A stretch of 64,000 bases of DNA from Candidatus Xenobia bacterium (GCA_045863235.1 BTUM01000005.1:129154-193153), one strand, 5' to 3'; shown: positions 16,880 through 27,063, numbered from the stretch's first letter. Notes: generated by a model not told the origin, from the letters alone. Program-made: numbers and translations.

Positions 16880-17165
16880 TGATGACCAGGCCCGTTCCGG
16901 GCCGATAGTGCACGGGCTTCAGGTTGGGCTCACCGGACGGGCCCCAGTCGAAGAGCGGCAATGGGTCTGATGGACCCGCATCCAACCACTCTCTTGACTC
17001 GATGTCCTGGCCCTCGAGCGCTCGAAGTACGTCGCTTTCTTGAATTCGCCAGCGATTTCCAACCTTGATTCCCGGAAGTCGGCCCTGCTGCAGCCAACCG
17101 ATCACGGTCCTGCGGGAGAGCCGAAGGCGTGTTGCGGCCTCCTCCGGTGTTAACAGCGAGGGCAC
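16872..17165 (-). CDS. Excisionase-type HTH protein with acidic C-terminal tail, putative antitoxin
   Basis: LLTPEEAATRLRLSRRTVIGWLQQGRLPGIKVGNRWRI; AGGAG RBS; coupled to the PemK fragment. Confidence 0.8.
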   Translation of the reverse strand: MPSLLTPEEAATRLRLSRRTVIGWLQQGRLPGIKVGNRWRIQESDVLRALEGQDIESREWLDAGPSDPLPLFDWGPSGEPNLKPVHYRPGTGLVISA

Positions 17166-17345
17166 GACGAAACTTCTCCTCTGAGTGGCTTTAGAGTACA
17201 AGTTGCTAACACAACCTGACATTTCCTGCCATGCTCGCCTGCTCGAAACCGTCCAGCGATTGGGCAAACTACGCATTGTTCGAGGAGCCTGAATGTCTGA
17301 GCTTCCCGTTGTGGCACTGGGGTCCAGAGTGTTTGGGAGAAGTGC

Positions 17346-17378
17346 TTTCAGGCCTCTTTCCGGGTCAGTCGGTAGACT
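17346..17378 (+). promoter_or_regulatory. 11-bp-period direct-repeat box (class A) plus -10 element
   Basis: TTTCAG-N5-TTTCCG-N10-TAGACT, 6 nt before GTG. Confidence 0.55.
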
Positions 17379-17384
17379 GCTGGC

Positions 17385-18434
17385 GTGAACGCCCTTTCCG
17401 CGATCCACCACCCGGGCCTTCGCTGGACCGCCAGGCCAGTGGCGGCCAGCGTTGCCCCGGACCGTCTGACCACGGGGACAGTCACCCGCGAGGCCTCGCG
17501 GCGCGATCTGCTGGCAGTGGTGGCGCAGAGTGGGAAGCCTTACTACGATGAGGCCAGCGACCTGACAGCCCGGGCGAGCTACTATGCCAGCATCGACGCC
17601 AACCTGGCTCCGGCCGCCCTCTTTGACGAGCTCCACCAGCTGGTCAGCAGCACCCACACCAACTGGCTCGACTACGACGCAGCCAGACACCTTTACCCCT
17701 GGGTCGACCTGCGCCCCTCGCTTCGCCTGCAGAGCATTTACTCGGCTCAGAGCGTGGCCACCGACGATCCGGTGCGCCGCCCCACCGATTCCCCGAAACT
17801 CTTCAAGCGAAGCCGCAGCGGGATGAAGCGCCTGGAAGCCAGGATGTCTCGGCGCGAGGAGGTGTTCCGCCAGGCAGAGGATTGGATCAAAGCCCTCTCC
17901 AGCGCGCCCACCGACGCGGCCACGCTGGCCAGCCGGATCGCCCTGGTGGAGGCGGCCAACTACTTCAACTGCGAGCACGCCGTCCCTCAGGTGCTGTTCG
18001 ACCGCCAGGAGCCGATGCGGGGCGACCTGCACCACCTGTTCACCGCTGAGCGGGACATCAATGCCGTGCGCAGCAATCGCCCTCTGGCCGACTTCCCCGA
18101 GTATGAGGGAAAGCCCATCCAGGGCGCCGAGCCCGAGGGTTACGCGCCTGCCGAGCAACCCGGGTTCGAGCCTGCCGGGGGCAAGGGGCCGATGGCGCGG
18201 GCGGTGCTCTACTTCATGGTTCGCTATCCGTGGGTGCTCAAAGGGGCGGGCGAGCTCGGCTACGACCATGCCGAGCTGGAAATCTTGCGCCGCTGGAGCC
18301 GGGAAGACCCACCCGGGCTCTATGAGAAGCATCGCAACGCCGAGACTCAGGCCCAGCAGGGCAACCGCAATCCCTTCGTGGACCACCCCGAGTGGGTTGA
18401 TCGGGTCGACTTCTCGCTCGCTCTGGTGGACTGA
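17385..18434 (+). CDS. Endonuclease I family (EndA/NucM-like) nuclease
   Basis: NCEHAVPQ, DLHHLF, INAVRSN, QGNRNPFVDHPEWV. Confidence 0.9.
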   Translation: MNALSAIHHPGLRWTARPVAASVAPDRLTTGTVTREASRRDLLAVVAQSGKPYYDEASDLTARASYYASIDANLAPAALFDELHQLVSSTHTNWLDYDAARHLYPWVDLRPSLRLQSIYSAQSVATDDPVRRPTDSPKLFKRSRSGMKRLEARMSRREEVFRQAEDWIKALSSAPTDAATLASRIALVEAANYFNCEHAVPQVLFDRQEPMRGDLHHLFTAERDINAVRSNRPLADFPEYEGKPIQGAEPEGYAPAEQPGFEPAGGKGPMARAVLYFMVRYPWVLKGAGELGYDHAELEILRRWSREDPPGLYEKHRNAETQAQQGNRNPFVDHPEWVDRVDFSLALVD

Positions 18435-18476
18435 GCCTGCAGGCCGGAGTCGGCGCGGTTGCGAAGGCCCGCGCTC

Positions 18477-19748
18477 GTGAGCCCCTTGCGTCTGGCTGGA
18501 CTCAGCCTTTACTGGTTCGGCACTCAGGCCCACTGGACGGCCATCATGATCACCCTCCTGCCCCTCCAGGCCGAGCGCATCGGGGGCAGTGAATTCAAAG
18601 GCCAGACGCTGGGTCAGATCATGGCCGCCGGCGCCTTCGTCTCCATGGCCGTCTGCCCGCTCTTCGGCGCCTGGTCGGATCGGGTGCGCACCCGCTGGGG
18701 ACGGCGCCTCCCGTTCGTGGTCGGAGGCACGCTGCTCAACGTGCTCTTCTTGCTGGCCATGGCCGTTTTGCCCGACCATCCGGAAATGCTCACTCCTTAC
18801 GTGCTGGTCTTCATGGGCATCCAGCTGACCAACAACCTGGCCACCGCGCCCTACTCGGCCCTGATCCCCGACGTGGTGCCGCCCGAGCAGCGCGGTGCCG
18901 CCAGCGGCTGGATGGGCCTGATGATGATGCTGGGCAACTTCGTGGGAGGCCTGACCGGCCTGCTGCTGCCTCTGCTCGGCGGGGTGAGCGGCGCTTACGT
19001 GGCCATCGCCGTGCTTCTCACGCTGAGCATGCTGGGTACCGTCCTGACGGTGAAAGAGCCTGCGCCCCCGGAGTTGCCGCCCTTCGCGCTGGGCGCCTTC
19101 CTCAAGGACCTGACGGCCCCGTTCCAATCGCGCGACTTCAGCTGGGTCTTCTGGACCCGGTTTCTGGTCATGCTGGGCACTTATACCGTGCAGTCCTTCT
19201 TGCAGTATTTCATGACCGACGTGGTGGGCCAACCGTTCGTGCTGTTCGGCTCCACCGTGGCCCGAGACGGCGCGTCGGCCACCTCGTTCTTCGTGCTGGC
19301 TCTGCTGCTGGGGGCCATCCTCAGCTCGCTGGCGGCGGGCAATCTCTCCGACCGCTTCGGGCGCAAGGTGGTGGTCTACATGAGCGGAGCCATCCAGGCG
19401 GCCTTCGTGCTGGGAATGCTGTTCATGCAGGACTTTCAGCTGGCGGTGCTGCTGGGGGTCGTCTTCGGACTCGGCTACGGAGCCTACCAGGCCGTGGACT
19501 GGGCCCTGGCCAGCGACGTATTGCCCAGCCACGACGACCACGCCAAGGACATGGGCGTGTGGCACATCGCCCTCACGCTGCCGCAGGTTCTGGCCATCCC
19601 CATCGGGGGGGTGGTGCTCGATCACGGCCAGGCCTGGGGCAAGCTGCACGGACACGTCAACGTCGGCTACAGCGCTCTCTTCGCCATGGCCTTCGTTTAC
19701 TTCGTGCTGGGCACGGTGCTGGTCAGCAAGGTGCGGGGGGTGCGCTGA
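18477..19748 (+). CDS. MFS transporter
   Basis: About 12 TM helices; GAWSDRVRTRWGRR and GNLSDRFGRK motif A. Confidence 0.92.
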   Translation: MSPLRLAGLSLYWFGTQAHWTAIMITLLPLQAERIGGSEFKGQTLGQIMAAGAFVSMAVCPLFGAWSDRVRTRWGRRLPFVVGGTLLNVLFLLAMAVLPDHPEMLTPYVLVFMGIQLTNNLATAPYSALIPDVVPPEQRGAASGWMGLMMMLGNFVGGLTGLLLPLLGGVSGAYVAIAVLLTLSMLGTVLTVKEPAPPELPPFALGAFLKDLTAPFQSRDFSWVFWTRFLVMLGTYTVQSFLQYFMTDVVGQPFVLFGSTVARDGASATSFFVLALLLGAILSSLAAGNLSDRFGRKVVVYMSGAIQAAFVLGMLFMQDFQLAVLLGVVFGLGYGAYQAVDWALASDVLPSHDDHAKDMGVWHIALTLPQVLAIPIGGVVLDHGQAWGKLHGHVNVGYSALFAMAFVYFVLGTVLVSKVRGVR

Positions 19749-19796
19749 AAGGAGAGTGGCCCTGGCCCCGGGCAGCTCGTTTCGGGTCGAGGATTG

Positions 19797-21206
19797 TCAG
19801 GTGATCACGTTCTTGATGCCCAGCGAGCGCAGCACCTCTAAGTCCTTGCAGCCTGCAAGGTCACGGGCGGCAGCCGTCTCGGCCGGGGTCAGGTCGACCG
19901 GGGTGGGCCAGTCGGGGTCACTCCAACGGGCCTGACCCGCGCCGTCCGAGCGGGCCCACACCTCGCAGGTCAGCTGCGGCTTCCAGCCGGCCTCGGGCTT
20001 CCAGGCCGGGTCGTGGAAGCGGCGCAGGCCTTCGAGCCACGGCTCCACCGGAGCCACGCGGCCCCGGTTGGGCCAGGGGATCGGGTGGTAAGCGCTCCAG
20101 CCGGGCTGGCCGTCCAGGCGATAGATGAACACGTTGCCCACGCCGATCTTGTCGATGCCCTGGCGCTCGTAGGAGTTCATCCAGCGGTCGAACTCCTCCA
20201 CATGCTCTTTCCAGTCGCCCTTCACCTCCATGTTGGTCTGGATGAAGAACTCGCGGGTCATCTCGGTGAAGTTGAGCAAGGCCACCCCGTAGCCCTTGCC
20301 TCCCCCCAGCCAGCGCTGCAAGCGAGCCAGATAGGTCTCGTGGCGCAAGATGGGATAGACCACGATCATGCTCAAGAGGCCGCCGTTGTTGAGGAACTTG
20401 GGCAGGTTGGTGACCAGTTGCTCGGTCAAAGTCTCGCCCGACTCGCCCCCGGTGCGATAGATCTGCATCTTCTCGTCCGGGGTGGGATGGAAGGGTGGAT
20501 TGGCGGTGATCAGGTCGAAGCTGTCCCCGGCCACCGAGTCATACAGGCTGCCCTCGCGGATCTCGGCCCGGTCGTCCACCTGGTTCATGGCCAGGTTGAT
20601 GCGGGCAAAGTCGATGGCTCGCTTGTTGATGTCGGTGCCGATGACGTGCTGACCGTGGCGGGCTCCATTGATGACGTGGACGCCGCTGCCGGTGCACAGA
20701 TCCAGCACCCGTCCCACCTGGTGGCTGCGGGGGGTGACCCGGGCCAGCAGGTAGCTGTCCTTGCCGAGCTCGTAGACGTGGCTGGGCAGGCGGATGGGGC
20801 TCATCAGCCTGTCGGTGAAGACGTAGGCCCCCTCGCACGGATAAAGATCCACCTGGGCGAAGATCTCGCCCTGGCGCTCTTCGAGCAGCTTGCGACGAAG
20901 GAGCAGCGCGGTCTCCTCGACGCCCAGGGCGCGCTCCACCTTCTTGCGCTCGAGGCCCAGGTTGAGCAACCAGAGCACGATCATGTCGTGCCGGGGCGTG
21001 TCTGCCCTCTGGCAGCGCCAAAGGTACCCGGGGATCTCGGGCCAGCTCAGAAGGCAGACGTCGGTCACCTTGACGGCCTCGCGAATGCCCTCTTCGTCGT
21101 AGCCGATCGCTTGCATACGCTCGGGCAGGAAGCTCAGCTCCTGGCGGTCTTTGGGGGAGGGCCGCATGAACACGACCCGGCTCTTCATCAGGTCTCCAGC
21201 TTGCAT
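19797..21206 (-). CDS. Class I SAM-dependent methyltransferase (NPPF type)
   Basis: VLDLCTGSG and ANPPF motifs. Confidence 0.88.
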   Translation of the reverse strand: MQAGDLMKSRVVFMRPSPKDRQELSFLPERMQAIGYDEEGIREAVKVTDVCLLSWPEIPGYLWRCQRADTPRHDMIVLWLLNLGLERKKVERALGVEETALLLRRKLLEERQGEIFAQVDLYPCEGAYVFTDRLMSPIRLPSHVYELGKDSYLLARVTPRSHQVGRVLDLCTGSGVHVINGARHGQHVIGTDINKRAIDFARINLAMNQVDDRAEIREGSLYDSVAGDSFDLITANPPFHPTPDEKMQIYRTGGESGETLTEQLVTNLPKFLNNGGLLSMIVVYPILRHETYLARLQRWLGGGKGYGVALLNFTEMTREFFIQTNMEVKGDWKEHVEEFDRWMNSYERQGIDKIGVGNVFIYRLDGQPGWSAYHPIPWPNRGRVAPVEPWLEGLRRFHDPAWKPEAGWKPQLTCEVWARSDGAGQARWSDPDWPTPVDLTPAETAAARDLAGCKDLEVLRSLGIKNVIT

Positions 21207-21262
21207 GCTCGGGCTGTTCGCCCCTCCCAGGGAGAGGCCCTGGCGGGGGAGAACCCCGGACT

Positions 21263-22024
21263 ATGAATCGAGCCACCCGCAAACGAGTCCAGCGCCTGCT
21301 CGAGGAGGCCGAGCGCGAGCTCGAGCGTTCTCCCGGGGAAGACCTGGCCTCAGTGGCCAGCCGGGTCGACCTGCGTCAGTATGCCCTGACCCTGGCCCTG
21401 CTTTCGGCCGGCGAGCCCGGCCCGGAGATGGCCCGGGCGCTGGCCCGCGAGCTGCGCGAGGCTACCGTGCAGGCCCATCAGGACGGCCTGGAGCTGGTTA
21501 CCCCGGAGGGACGCGCCCGCGTGGCCTGCAAGGCCGAGTGCACCTGGTGTTGCCGCGAGCCGCTTCAGGTCAGCCCGCTGGACGCTCTGGGGGTGGCCGA
21601 CCACCTGCTCGCCCAGCGCGAACGCTGGATGTTGCGCCTGGCCACCTACGAGCTGCCCGACCGGCGCTCGGCTCAGCTCAAGAAGATCACCACGCCCTGC
21701 CCTTTTCTGGGTGACAACAAGCTGTGCCAGGTCTACGAAGCCCGGCCGGTGGTCTGCCGCGCCTTCCACTCCACCGACGTGAGCGTCTGCCGCCTCCGCG
21801 TCGAGCGAGCGGACGGCAACCGCACCGTGCCCATGCACCTGGAGTGGTACGGCTTCACCGGCCTGCCCCTGGAGGGCGCTCACCGGGCCCTGGACGAGGC
21901 CGCGGTGGACCGCCGCCCGGTCGTGCTCGGCCCGGCCGTGGCCTTGCTTTTGAACGACTTTGCCGGGGTCACCAGCCGCTGGCTGGCCGGCGAGCCGGTC
22001 TGGGGGGACGTGGCCGTTCTCTAA
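21263..22024 (+). CDS. YkgJ-family cysteine cluster protein
   Basis: CKAECTWCC ... CPFL ... CQVYEARPVVCRAF. Confidence 0.88.
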   Translation: MNRATRKRVQRLLEEAERELERSPGEDLASVASRVDLRQYALTLALLSAGEPGPEMARALARELREATVQAHQDGLELVTPEGRARVACKAECTWCCREPLQVSPLDALGVADHLLAQRERWMLRLATYELPDRRSAQLKKITTPCPFLGDNKLCQVYEARPVVCRAFHSTDVSVCRLRVERADGNRTVPMHLEWYGFTGLPLEGAHRALDEAAVDRRPVVLGPAVALLLNDFAGVTSRWLAGEPVWGDVAVL

Positions 22025-22055
22025 CGTTTCAATGGCTCATCGTGCCTTCCAGAAC

Positions 22056-22100
22056 GTTTGCCTCCCGTTCACACCCGTGGGCCCGCATCCAGGCTACACT
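22056..22100 (+). promoter_or_regulatory. 11-bp-period direct-repeat box (class B) plus -10 element
   Basis: GTTTGC-N5-GTTCAC-N22-TACACT, 7 nt before ATG 22108. Confidence 0.5.
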
Positions 22101-22107
22101 CGTCCCG

Positions 22108-22956
22108 ATGCAGCTGTCAGGCCTGGGAGACCGCTGGGAAGCTTCCATCCGCGCCACCCACAACCGCGGCATGGAGACCTTCGTGCCGCCCACTCGGGGC
22201 CAGGGGATGCAGCTCGAGCAGCTCGTGCGCGAGCTACGGGACGTGGCGGAGGGCCACGGCGACCTGGAGGCGGCCCGCGAGGACGCCGCAGCTCTGGACT
22301 TGCAACTGGTCGAGCTCGATCGACACTTGTTGCTGCAAGACCAGAGTCCGCGTGGCTGGGGCACGGCCCTCTTCCGCCGAGGGGAGAGCAGGGGTCTGGT
22401 GGTGGAGGTGCCCCATCCGGGCTCGGACTACCGCACCCCTGAGCTGGGGCTGCGCTTCTTCGAGGAGAGCGGCGCGGACGTGTACCTGCTTTCCGGCGCC
22501 AACCGTTACAATCGCGCTGACCCCTCGCTCGAGCAGCCCAATCGCCGCCTCTCCGACGCCGCCCACTCGGCCGCAACCTTCTTCCATGCAGCCCACTGCG
22601 GACTCGTGGAGCCCCGGGACCGAGTGTTGCAGGTGCACGGATTCGGCTCGCAGGAGGGCGATCCCACCGTGGTGATCTCGGACGGTCAAGACGACGGCCA
22701 CGATCCCCCGGCCCTGATAGCTCTGGCCGCCAGGCTCGAGCAGGCCGAGGTGCCCAACCTCATCGCTGACTTCGAAAGCCCGCTGGGCAAGCGGTTGGGT
22801 GGCAAGACCAACCTGCAGGCCCAGAACCGCAACACGACCTTCTTGCACATGGAGGTCAGCGAAGCCGCTCGGCGCGAGCTGGATCCAAAGCTGGTTCGGG
22901 CGGTGGCCGAGTGGGCGGGGGAGGAATCTTCCTCCTGCTCGGCCAACCAGGGCTGA
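22108..22956 (+). CDS. Putative Zn-dependent hydrolase (N-formylglutamate amidohydrolase-like fold)
   Basis: VEVPHPGSD, LQVHGF, FLHMEVS motifs. Confidence 0.55.
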   Translation: MQLSGLGDRWEASIRATHNRGMETFVPPTRGQGMQLEQLVRELRDVAEGHGDLEAAREDAAALDLQLVELDRHLLLQDQSPRGWGTALFRRGESRGLVVEVPHPGSDYRTPELGLRFFEESGADVYLLSGANRYNRADPSLEQPNRRLSDAAHSAATFFHAAHCGLVEPRDRVLQVHGFGSQEGDPTVVISDGQDDGHDPPALIALAARLEQAEVPNLIADFESPLGKRLGGKTNLQAQNRNTTFLHMEVSEAARRELDPKLVRAVAEWAGEESSSCSANQG

Positions 22957-22982
22957 CTTTTCCCATTCAGAGGAGTCAAGCC

Positions 22983-23753
22983 ATGCGCAATCTTTCCCGA
23001 CTTTTTCTCGTCCTGCTGGTCGCCACGTTGTTCGCGGCCGGCTGCGGCGGTGACTCGACCACGACCGACACGCCCAACCTGGATCAGGTCGGAGACATCG
23101 GGCTCCAGTTCAGCACCAACGGCTCGTCGGTCCAGGCCCGCTTCTCCCAGGCCACCAGCTACCGCGTCGCCATCTTGATCCCCGGCACCCTCACCCAGCT
23201 GGTGCCTACGCTTCCTTTCCAGCGGATCGACGGGCCTATCCAGACGGTGCTGGTCCAGGACATTCCCGCGGGCACCGTGGAGCTGGTGCTCGAGGCGCTC
23301 GACGCGGGGGGCAACATCGTGGGCCAGGCCCGGGCCAGCAACGTGGTGGTGAATGCCGGTCAAACCACCCTGGTGGACAGCTCCATGCTGCAGGGCTTCG
23401 GCGTTTCGCAAGGGATCGACTTCACCGGTGAGGATACCAGTGACACTCCCACTCTGACGGTCGAGGTCTCGGCCGGCACGACTCCCACCTATACCTTTAC
23501 CGGCAGCCCGGTGCGCGACGTTTCGGTGGTGCGGGTCAACGATCCCAACAATCCGCAGGACGTGACCCCGGTCTGGGTGGCCACCTCGGTGGATGTGGAC
23601 GCCATCAACTCTCCCGTGGTGCACGGGCCGCTGCCCGCCGGAGCCACCGTGCTGGCGGTCAACGCCGAGCCGGTCCTGACCGCGGGCCAGCTCTATCGCG
23701 TCAGCGTGGTCAAGCTCAACGGCGAGTTCGGCTTCGCCGAGTTCACCCCCTGA
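22983..23753 (+). CDS. Lipoprotein of unknown function
   Basis: GAGGAG RBS; MRNLSRLFLVLLVATLFAAGC lipobox. Confidence 0.85.
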   Translation: MRNLSRLFLVLLVATLFAAGCGGDSTTTDTPNLDQVGDIGLQFSTNGSSVQARFSQATSYRVAILIPGTLTQLVPTLPFQRIDGPIQTVLVQDIPAGTVELVLEALDAGGNIVGQARASNVVVNAGQTTLVDSSMLQGFGVSQGIDFTGEDTSDTPTLTVEVSAGTTPTYTFTGSPVRDVSVVRVNDPNNPQDVTPVWVATSVDVDAINSPVVHGPLPAGATVLAVNAEPVLTAGQLYRVSVVKLNGEFGFAEFTP

Positions 23754-23775
23754 GCTGAGGAGGCGCTCCTGGCAG

Positions 23776-23807
23776 AAAGCTCCCGGTCGGACGACCGGGG
23801 GCTTTTT
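23776..23807. terminator. Intrinsic terminator, probably bidirectional
   Basis: AAAGCTCCCGGTCG-GA-CGACCGGGGGCTTTTT between convergent genes. Confidence 0.85.
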
Positions 23808-23833
23808 CCGATCGCTGAGATTCGGGGCTTGGC

Positions 23834-25642
23834 TCAGTCCAGCTTGCGCCCGGCCCAGGCGCCCGCGCGTGCCAGGGCCAGCGAGCCCACGGTCATACCC
23901 GCAAAGCGCCCCAGGAAGGCCCCGGTGACGGCTCCGGCCGGTCCCAGCACCAGGCCGCCCAGGGCGGCCCCGGCCAGTTTGCCGGCGTAGCCTCCCAGCA
24001 CGGTACCGGCGGCTCCGCCCAGCACTCCGCCGCCGATCACTTTGGCCAGGAAGAGCTTGTCGGCGCCCGTCAGGTCGTAGCTCGAAGCGGTGCGCTTCTT
24101 GCCCAGTTGCAGGACCGACCAGCCGCCCAGGCCCAGGGCCGCGCCCCCGGCCGAGCCCCAGAACGAGCCCGCCATGGCACCCCCCACGCCTCCCAGCGCG
24201 CCTCCGATGGTGGCGCCCAGGAACATGCCGGCGGTGGTGCCGCCGATGACCGCCAGCACGCCGCCCAGGTGACTCGTCGGGGGCTCGCCACCCGAGGCTG
24301 ACACCCGGCTCATGTCCACGCCCGAGGCGGCCAGCTCGGAGCCGATGGCGCTGCAGACCATGCCTACAGGCCCGGCCGCGGTGGCCAGCACGCCGCTGCC
24401 AATGCGGTCGGCTTGCTCGACCTTGAGCTTGCCGTCGGCCACCAGGCCGGCCAGCACGGCGTGGGTGGCTCCCACTGCCAGGGCTCCCGGGGCTCCGCCC
24501 GGAGCCAGCAAGAGCAGGCCGCTGGCCAGGTTCATCTTGCCGTGGAACTTCTGCTGAGGGTCGCCTTGGATCAGCCCCGCCTCCAGCCGGCGGGCGCCGC
24601 GGTGGATCTGGGCGGGAGCGATCAGCGCGCCGGCCAGCTCCAGGGCGTTGCGAAGGTAGGGAGCCGCCTCCAGCGCCTGGCCCACGCTCTTGCCCGCTTT
24701 ACGAACGCCCGGGCGCTCGGTCCACTCGTCGGCCAGGCCGCGCTGCGAGAGCTCGTCCATCACCCGGAACTTCTCCGGGGTGACCCTGGCCAGCTCGGCC
24801 CGGGAGGTGGGGCCCATGTGGTAGTGGGCGTGGGTCTCGGCGAAGTCCTCCATGCGGTTGGTCTGGGAGTAGTCGGTGATGAAGGGCCCCTTGCCGAAGG
24901 GCCCCAGCAGGCTGTGGGCGCCGAGCGGGCCGAAGCCGCGGACGAAGTCGCGCGAGTGGCCCACCTCGTGGCTGATCAGCTCGTGGTGGAAGTCGTGGCC
25001 CCAGGTCATGGCATCGCGATCGAGCAGCAGACGGGTCTGCGAGAAGGTGGGGTGGGCGATGCCGATGGCTCCGGTGCGCTCCAGTCCGGGTACCATCTGG
25101 ATCGTGGAGGCGCTGGTCACCGAGCTCATGGGCAGGCGGTCGAGCGAGTTCATGATCAGCTCTCGCTCGGCCCCGGTGGCGCCCACCAGGGAGGGGTAGG
25201 CGAACTTAGGGACGGCTCGCAGAGCTGCTCCCAGGCCCAGGGCGCCATCCACCAGGCCGCTGGAGGGAGCGGCGGTGCGCCTGGAAGACAGGTGCTTCTC
25301 GAGGTAATAGGCTCCCAGGCAGGTGGCCCCGCCTACCAGAGCGCTGCCGCCGGTGAGAACGTAGACGTTGGCGGTGGAGATGGCCAGGGGGGCGAAGATG
25401 GCCGCGCCGATGGCCATGCCCACGAGCTGTCCGGCGTAGGCCGCCGAGCCCACCCGCAGGTTGACCAGCGACTTGGCCTGTAGGTCTTGCAGCCAGGAGC
25501 CGATGCGCTCCGAGCGGTCGGGCGCACTTTGTTCTTCGGGGATGGTGCTCTCGGCAGCAGCTGGAGCTGTCGGCGCGGTAGGCGCCGGGGCGGGCTGCGG
25601 GCGCTGGGGAGCGCTCGCCAGGCGAACGGTCTGGATCTGCAT
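23834..25642 (-). CDS. Zn metalloprotease (lethal-factor/Pro-Pro endopeptidase-like) flanked by glycine-zipper membrane helices
   Basis: HEVGH ... TDYSQTNRMEDFAE ... PEKF; GxxxG-rich hydrophobic segments at both ends. Confidence 0.75.
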   Translation of the reverse strand: MQIQTVRLASAPQRPQPAPAPTAPTAPAAAESTIPEEQSAPDRSERIGSWLQDLQAKSLVNLRVGSAAYAGQLVGMAIGAAIFAPLAISTANVYVLTGGSALVGGATCLGAYYLEKHLSSRRTAAPSSGLVDGALGLGAALRAVPKFAYPSLVGATGAERELIMNSLDRLPMSSVTSASTIQMVPGLERTGAIGIAHPTFSQTRLLLDRDAMTWGHDFHHELISHEVGHSRDFVRGFGPLGAHSLLGPFGKGPFITDYSQTNRMEDFAETHAHYHMGPTSRAELARVTPEKFRVMDELSQRGLADEWTERPGVRKAGKSVGQALEAAPYLRNALELAGALIAPAQIHRGARRLEAGLIQGDPQQKFHGKMNLASGLLLLAPGGAPGALAVGATHAVLAGLVADGKLKVEQADRIGSGVLATAAGPVGMVCSAIGSELAASGVDMSRVSASGGEPPTSHLGGVLAVIGGTTAGMFLGATIGGALGGVGGAMAGSFWGSAGGAALGLGGWSVLQLGKKRTASSYDLTGADKLFLAKVIGGGVLGGAAGTVLGGYAGKLAGAALGGLVLGPAGAVTGAFLGRFAGMTVGSLALARAGAWAGRKLD

Positions 25643-25767
25643 GGCTGAAGGTAATGTAGGGGAACTGCCCCTCGGGGACGTTGACAAGTTGTTACAGGGG
25701 CGCCCGCGCCCTGTTGTTTACACGAATTCGCTTGGCCGGACGAGAGGGCCTGATTTATCCTGAGAGC

Positions 25768-27063
25768 GTGAGAATTCCAGCGACGACAGGAGCGATCGAC
25801 GGGTTTTCGGCCCAGCTGCACGAGACCTGTCGCTCGCTCGGCCTCGACCCCCGCGAGGTGGCCGAGCGTGAGCATCTTGACGTGATCATCTCCCTGCCCG
25901 ACCAGGCGGCCTGCGACCGGCTCGAGCGTCGCTGCGCCGACGAGCTCGGTCTTGCGGTGCGCGACCGGCTGCCCGTGCTGCAGGGCTTCAGCACCCGGGT
26001 CGATCATGAGGATCTGGAGTTCCTGCGCGACGAGCTGCCCGCCGGCGCCGTGGTGGCCCTGGATCGCCCCCTGACCTTCCTGCCCATGATCGACGACTCG
26101 GACGTGCTGCCCCTCGACCCGCCCCTCGAAACCGCCTTCCAGCCGGTCCTGCCGGGCATCGAGAAGGTTCACCAGGCGGGATTCACCGGTCAGGGGGTCA
26201 CGGTAGCGGTCATCGACTCGGGCCTTTATCCTCACCCCGACTTCAAGGAGCGCATCAAGGACTGGGTGGACCTCACCACCGATCGAAAACCCACCCCGGT
26301 CGACCCGGTGGGCCACGGCACCAACGTGGGCGGCATTCTGGCCGGCAATGGCAAGCTCAGCGGCGGCAAGCTGAAGGGAGCCGCTCCCGGGGCCAATCTG
26401 GTGGGGGTGCGCATCAGCACCGTGCGCGAGGCCATCGCCGGCCTGCAGTGGGTGATCGACAACAAGGACCGTCTGGGCATCCGGGTGGTCAACCTGTCGC
26501 TGGGCGACGAGGCGCGCGTGCCGTTCAAGCAAGACCTGTGGGCCCAGGCCACCAGGAAGGCTATCGAGGCCGGCCTTATAGTGGTGGTGGCGGCCGGCAA
26601 CGAAGGTCCGGGGGCGGGCAGCATCAGCACTCCGGGAACCTTGCCCGAGGCCATCACGGTCGGGGCTTACGACAACCATAAGACCCCCGACCTGGCCGAC
26701 GACAGCATCGCCCGCGACTCCAGCCGGGGCCCCACGGCCCACGACCAGGTGGCCAAACCCGACCTGGTCGCCCCGGGCGTGCAGGTCTACGGCGCCCTCA
26801 GCCCGGGCTCGCGCAAGGACAACCCCGAGCGCCCCCGCATCGGGCGCGACTACTATGCCGAATCGGGCACCTCCCAGGCCACTCCTCAGGTCGCCGGCCT
26901 GGTGGCCTGTCTGCTGCAGGCCAATCCGGGCCTGGACCACCACTCCCTCAAGGCGCTCCTGAAGCAGGCCGCCGTGCGCTCGGTGCCGGGCGGCGAGAAC
27001 GACCAGGGCGCGGGGCTGGTGCAGGCCGATCAGGCCCTCGAGCTGGCCCTGCAGGCGCGCTGA
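25768..27063 (+). CDS. S8 serine protease (AprX-like, no signal peptide)
   Basis: VIDSG, HGTNVGG, AAGN, SGTSQATP. Confidence 0.93.
   Translation: MRIPATTGAIDGFSAQLHETCRSLGLDPREVAEREHLDVIISLPDQAACDRLERRCADELGLAVRDRLPVLQGFSTRVDHEDLEFLRDELPAGAVVALDRPLTFLPMIDDSDVLPLDPPLETAFQPVLPGIEKVHQAGFTGQGVTVAVIDSGLYPHPDFKERIKDWVDLTTDRKPTPVDPVGHGTNVGGILAGNGKLSGGKLKGAAPGANLVGVRISTVREAIAGLQWVIDNKDRLGIRVVNLSLGDEARVPFKQDLWAQATRKAIEAGLIVVVAAGNEGPGAGSISTPGTLPEAITVGAYDNHKTPDLADDSIARDSSRGPTAHDQVAKPDLVAPGVQVYGALSPGSRKDNPERPRIGRDYYAESGTSQATPQVAGLVACLLQANPGLDHHSLKALLKQAAVRSVPGGENDQGAGLVQADQALELALQAR

Noticed and set aside
16872..19655. 927-aa minus-strand ORF as a real fusion protein
   Set aside because: Mostly the antisense shadow of the nuclease and MFS genes; only the last 97 codons have an RBS and a recognisable domain.
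19797..22024. Methyltransferase, YkgJ protein and C39 peptidase as a RiPP cluster
   Set aside because: The genes are divergent or far apart and no precursor peptide or ABC exporter was seen.
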